From NCBI GenBank assembly GCA_022766785.1, contig JALEOL010000024.1, positions 14,153 to 78,152 of the forward strand: DNA of 64,000 nt, in the 5' to 3' direction. Below, one piece after another: positions 60,860-64,000 of the stretch (within the stretch, counting starts at the first letter, position 1; every line of letters starts with the position of its first letter). Below the pieces are notes generated by a model. The model worked only from the letters and a program-made list of their open reading frames with translations. It ran no database searches and was not told the DNA's origin. The position numbers and the translations under genes were made by a program. Source of the DNA: Oscillospiraceae bacterium. GTDB lineage: Bacteria > Bacillota > Clostridia > Oscillospirales > Ruminococcaceae.

Positions 60860-62845
60860 TTAACTGATGTCCGCAGCGGCGAGGTACTTGCTGCCGTTGT
60901 CCCTGATGAACCGCTTTCTTCCCTCCAGGTCGTTGCCCAGAAGCACGTCGAACATCTCCCGGGTAGCTGCCGCGTCGGTGGGATTTACCTTTATAAGACG
61001 GCGGGTTTCGGGGTTCATGGTGGTAAGGCTCATCATGTCCGGGTCGTTCTCGCCGAGACCTTTGCTTCGCTGAATGGTGTACTTTGCCTCGCCTATCATG
61101 CCGAGTATCTTCGTTTTTTCCGGCTCGGTGTAGGCGAAGTAGGTGCGCTCCTTGGTGGTTATCTCATACAGCGGCGACTCCGCAATGTAGACATAGCCCT
61201 TCTCAATAAGCGTGGGGCAAAGCTCCTGTATCATCGTGAGTATCAGCGTGCGTATCTGGAAGCCGTCCTCGTCCGCATCGGTGCAGATAACGATCTTATT
61301 CCACCGCAGATTGTCGAGATTAAAGGTAGAAAGCTGCTTGTTCGCCTTAGTCTTTACCTCAACTCCGCAGCCCAGCACCTTTATCAGATTTGTGATAATT
61401 TCGCTCTTGAATATCTTGTCGTAGCTTGCTTTAAGGCAGTTCAGTATCTTACCTCTTACCGGAATGACCGCCTGGAACTCCGCGTCCCGGGCAAGCTTTA
61501 CCGAACCTAACGCCGAGTCGCCCTCCACGATGTAGACCTCTCTGCGTGAAACGTCCTTGCTGCGGCAGTCCACGAATTTGTCTATGCGGTTGGTGAGGTC
61601 GATAGTTCCGGTGAGCTTCTGGAGCGTGCTCTGGCGCACCTTGTCGGCGTTCTCACGGGAACGCTTGTTTATCAGCACCTGGGTGCCTATCCTCACCGCT
61701 TCGTCCGGATTTTCCAGGAAGTAGACCTCCAGCTGATGCTTCAGCCATTCGGTCATAGCCTCGGTAATAAACTCGTTGGTGACGGCTTTCTTGGTCTGGT
61801 TTTCGTAGCTTGCCTGGGTGGAAAAGTTGTTGGAGATGAACACCAGGCAGTCCTCGATATCCTCCCACTTTATGCCCTTTTCGCCCTTGTTGTACTTGTT
61901 CCCGTTCTTTAGATAGCTGTCGATCTGGGACAGGAAAGCCTTTTGCAGCGCCTTCTGAGGGCTTCCGCCGTGTTCAAGCCAGCTGGAATTGTGGTAGTGC
62001 TCGATGAACTGGACTTCCTTGCTGAACGTGAACGCAACGTTCATTTTCAGCTTGTACTCGTCCTTATCCTCGCGGTCGCGACCCTGCCGTTCCGCAGTCC
62101 AGTGCTGGGGAGTTGTCAGCGACTTCTCGCCCACCAGCTCCAGCAGGTAATCGCTGATCCCGTTCTCATAGCAGAATATCTGCTCGGTAAAGGTGCCGTC
62201 GTCATGCTGCTGTTTGAGCACCAGCTCCACGCCGTCGTTTACCACAGCCTGCCTGCGCAGGATATCCGCGAGGTAATCCGCGCCGATGTCGATATCGGTG
62301 AACACCTCCAGATCAGGCTTCCAGTGTATTCTGGTGCCGGTTGAGCCGTCCCCCCGGGACTTTTTGAAACCGCGCTCGTCCTGGGTCACATTGAAGCCCT
62401 TTTCAAAGCGCAGCGAATAGTTCCACTGCCCCCTGCGGCTCTCTACCTCCATGTATTCGCTGGCGAACTGCGTCGCGCAAAGTCCCAGACCGTTAAGTCC
62501 CAGCGCGAAAGAGTAGTTGCCGCCGGAATTATTGTTGTACTTGCTTCCTGCGTAGAGCGTGCAGAACGCAAGCTCCCAGTTGTACTTGTCCTCAGCCTTG
62601 TTGAAATCTATCGGAATACCGCGCCCGAAGTCCTCAACGGTTATCGACTTATCCTCGAAAAGCGTGATGATTATGCGCTTTCCGTAGCCCTCGCGCGCCT
62701 CGTCAATGGAGTTCGAGATTATTTCAAACACCGAATGGCGGCAGCCGTCCACGCTGTCAGAGCCGAAGATAACACCCGGCCGCAGCCTGACCTGATCCGG
62801 ACCTTTCAGCGACACAAGGTCGTTGTAATTGTTTTCCTTTGCCAT
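60860..62845 (-). CDS. parE: Type IIA topoisomerase subunit B (probably topoisomerase IV)
   Basis: VRLRPG, NSIDE, DFGRGIP, EGDSA, PVRGKILN, DADEDG, KGLGE. Confidence 0.75.
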   Translation of the reverse strand: MAKENNYNDLVSLKGPDQVRLRPGVIFGSDSVDGCRHSVFEIISNSIDEAREGYGKRIIITLFEDKSITVEDFGRGIPIDFNKAEDKYNWELAFCTLYAGSKYNNNSGGNYSFALGLNGLGLCATQFASEYMEVESRRGQWNYSLRFEKGFNVTQDERGFKKSRGDGSTGTRIHWKPDLEVFTDIDIGADYLADILRRQAVVNDGVELVLKQQHDDGTFTEQIFCYENGISDYLLELVGEKSLTTPQHWTAERQGRDREDKDEYKLKMNVAFTFSKEVQFIEHYHNSSWLEHGGSPQKALQKAFLSQIDSYLKNGNKYNKGEKGIKWEDIEDCLVFISNNFSTQASYENQTKKAVTNEFITEAMTEWLKHQLEVYFLENPDEAVRIGTQVLINKRSRENADKVRQSTLQKLTGTIDLTNRIDKFVDCRSKDVSRREVYIVEGDSALGSVKLARDAEFQAVIPVRGKILNCLKASYDKIFKSEIITNLIKVLGCGVEVKTKANKQLSTFNLDNLRWNKIVICTDADEDGFQIRTLILTMIQELCPTLIEKGYVYIAESPLYEITTKERTYFAYTEPEKTKILGMIGEAKYTIQRSKGLGENDPDMMSLTTMNPETRRLIKVNPTDAAATREMFDVLLGNDLEGRKRFIRDNGSKYLAAADIS

Positions 62846-63325
62846 TTATGCATCTCCTGTTTACCGCAGTATCACGCAGATGAGCGCAACGCCGCATTAT
62901 CTTATATAGTATAACACAATTTCACAAAAAAAGCAAGTATAAAGTTCCAATGAAGTCGATATGAGCACAAAGCTCACCGACGCGTCTTTCCACAGACAGA
63001 GCATTTCGCAGCATACCCGGAAAACTGTAGGATATTTTTTATAGTATATGCCGCGAATTGACCGTACACAAAAATCAAGAAACCGGGCAATATACTGTGA
63101 TCGTTTTGTTAATTTTTTGTCATGATTTTCCGCTTTTTGCTATGTAATTTCTGATATATGCAAGCGATTGGGAATAACATACAGGGCATATAATGTTTTT
63201 CCAGAAGTGCGGCTGCTTTCCTGAAAAAAGACCCGTAACACAAGATATTGTGTTTGATTTTTCAAACAAATACCCCAGATATAAAAAAATAATAAATAAA
63301 AATTCTGTAAAATCAGAAATCGCTA

Positions 63326-63354
63326 TTGACTTTATAAATCGTATATGTTATAAT
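63326..63354 (+). promoter_or_regulatory. sigmaA promoter of pflB
   Basis: TTGACT-17-TATAAT with extended TG. Confidence 0.75.
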
Positions 63355-63465
63355 ATTATCAGGTCAAGACAACGGCACAGAGCGTATGTCAGGCGGTATC
63401 CCTCCGGGGAAGAACAGCCCTGCCGCGCGCTGCGCCTGAAATAAAGACGGAGGTAACTAAATACA

Positions 63466-64000
63466 ATGGCAATGTTTGAACAATGGAAAGGCTTCAAAGG
63501 CAAGATCTGGCAGGAAGAAATAAATACAAGAGACTTCATCCAGAACAACTACACCCCCTATGACGGCGACGAGTCCTTCCTCGCAGGCCCGGCGGACTCC
63601 ACCAACAAGCTCTGGGGAAAGCTCCAGGAGCTTCAGAAGGAAGAGCGTGCAAAGGGCGGCGTGCTCGATATGGACACCCACATCGTTTCCGGCATCACAT
63701 CCCACGAGCCCGGTTACATCGACCCCGAAATGAAGGATCTTGAAAAGATCGTCGGTCTCCAGACTGATAAGCCCCTCAAGAGAGCATTCATGCCGTATGG
63801 CGGCATCAAGATGGCTGAGGAGGCATGCACCACCTACGGCTACACCCCCGACCCCGAGCTGCACAAGATCTTCACAGAATATCACAAGACCCACAACCAG
63901 GGCGTATTCGACGCTTACACCCCCGAAATGCGCGCTGTCAGAAAGAACAAGATCATCACCGGTCTGCCCGACACCTACAGCAGAGGACGTATCGTCGGCG
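63466..64000 (+). CDS. pflB: Pyruvate formate-lyase, 5' part (runs off the window; absent from the ORF track)
   Basis: MAMFEQWKGFKGKIWQEEINTRDFIQNNYTPYDGDESFLAGP...IVGLQTDKPLKR...KTHNQGVFDAY...ITGLPDTYSRGRIVG; RBS GGAGG. Confidence 0.95.
   Translation, partial: MAMFEQWKGFKGKIWQEEINTRDFIQNNYTPYDGDESFLAGPADSTNKLWGKLQELQKEERAKGGVLDMDTHIVSGITSHEPGYIDPEMKDLEKIVGLQTDKPLKRAFMPYGGIKMAEEACTTYGYTPDPELHKIFTEYHKTHNQGVFDAYTPEMRAVRKNKIITGLPDTYSRGRIVG

Noticed and set aside
58572-62845. Topoisomerase pair as canonical gyrase gyrBA
   Set aside because: Short A-subunit CTD, no clear GyrA box and no oriC-region genes; a second type IIA enzyme is common in Clostridia and not novel.

Overview
Chromosomal window from a spore-forming Clostridia-type bacterium. 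The gene repertoire (spoVS, type III glnA, fhs, pflB) and composition suggest Ruminococcaceae/Oscillospiraceae, which is an inference. (1) 1-8.6 kb is the right part of an integrative mobilizable element (xis, rep, MobV relaxase, tyrosine integrase) abutting the 3' end of tRNA-Glu, with an AT-rich SF2 helicase/DUF1998 cargo gene. (2) The main finding is an AsnO-like asparagine synthetase gene split in two (25035-23644 and 13652-13218, minus strand) by a 9,991-bp non-phage element. The element encodes a large serine recombinase and an unannotated 43-aa candidate directionality factor. Recombination between the two TGAC cores would restore an in-frame 608-aa protein (...ATLLD|RKDRMSM...) and release a circle with a symmetric attP. 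The split gene is preceded by a mother-cell sigmaK/sigmaE-type promoter, so this looks like a skin-like, developmentally excised gene-intervening element. Its cargo is a MITE-disrupted chemoreceptor, a MATE transporter, an XRE-kinase fusion and a beta-propeller HD-GYP protein. (3) The rest is mostly housekeeping and nitrogen metabolism (glnA, amino-acid ABC transporter, araD, asparaginase, purA, pnp, rpsO, galE, glmS, gdhA, pfkA, tsaBE, fhs, a type II topoisomerase pair, pflB). It also holds two copies of a 162-bp palindromic repeat, putative ANTAR RNA motifs and an orphan ArpU-XRE-ImmA module. All family assignments come from reading motifs by eye; no searches were run.
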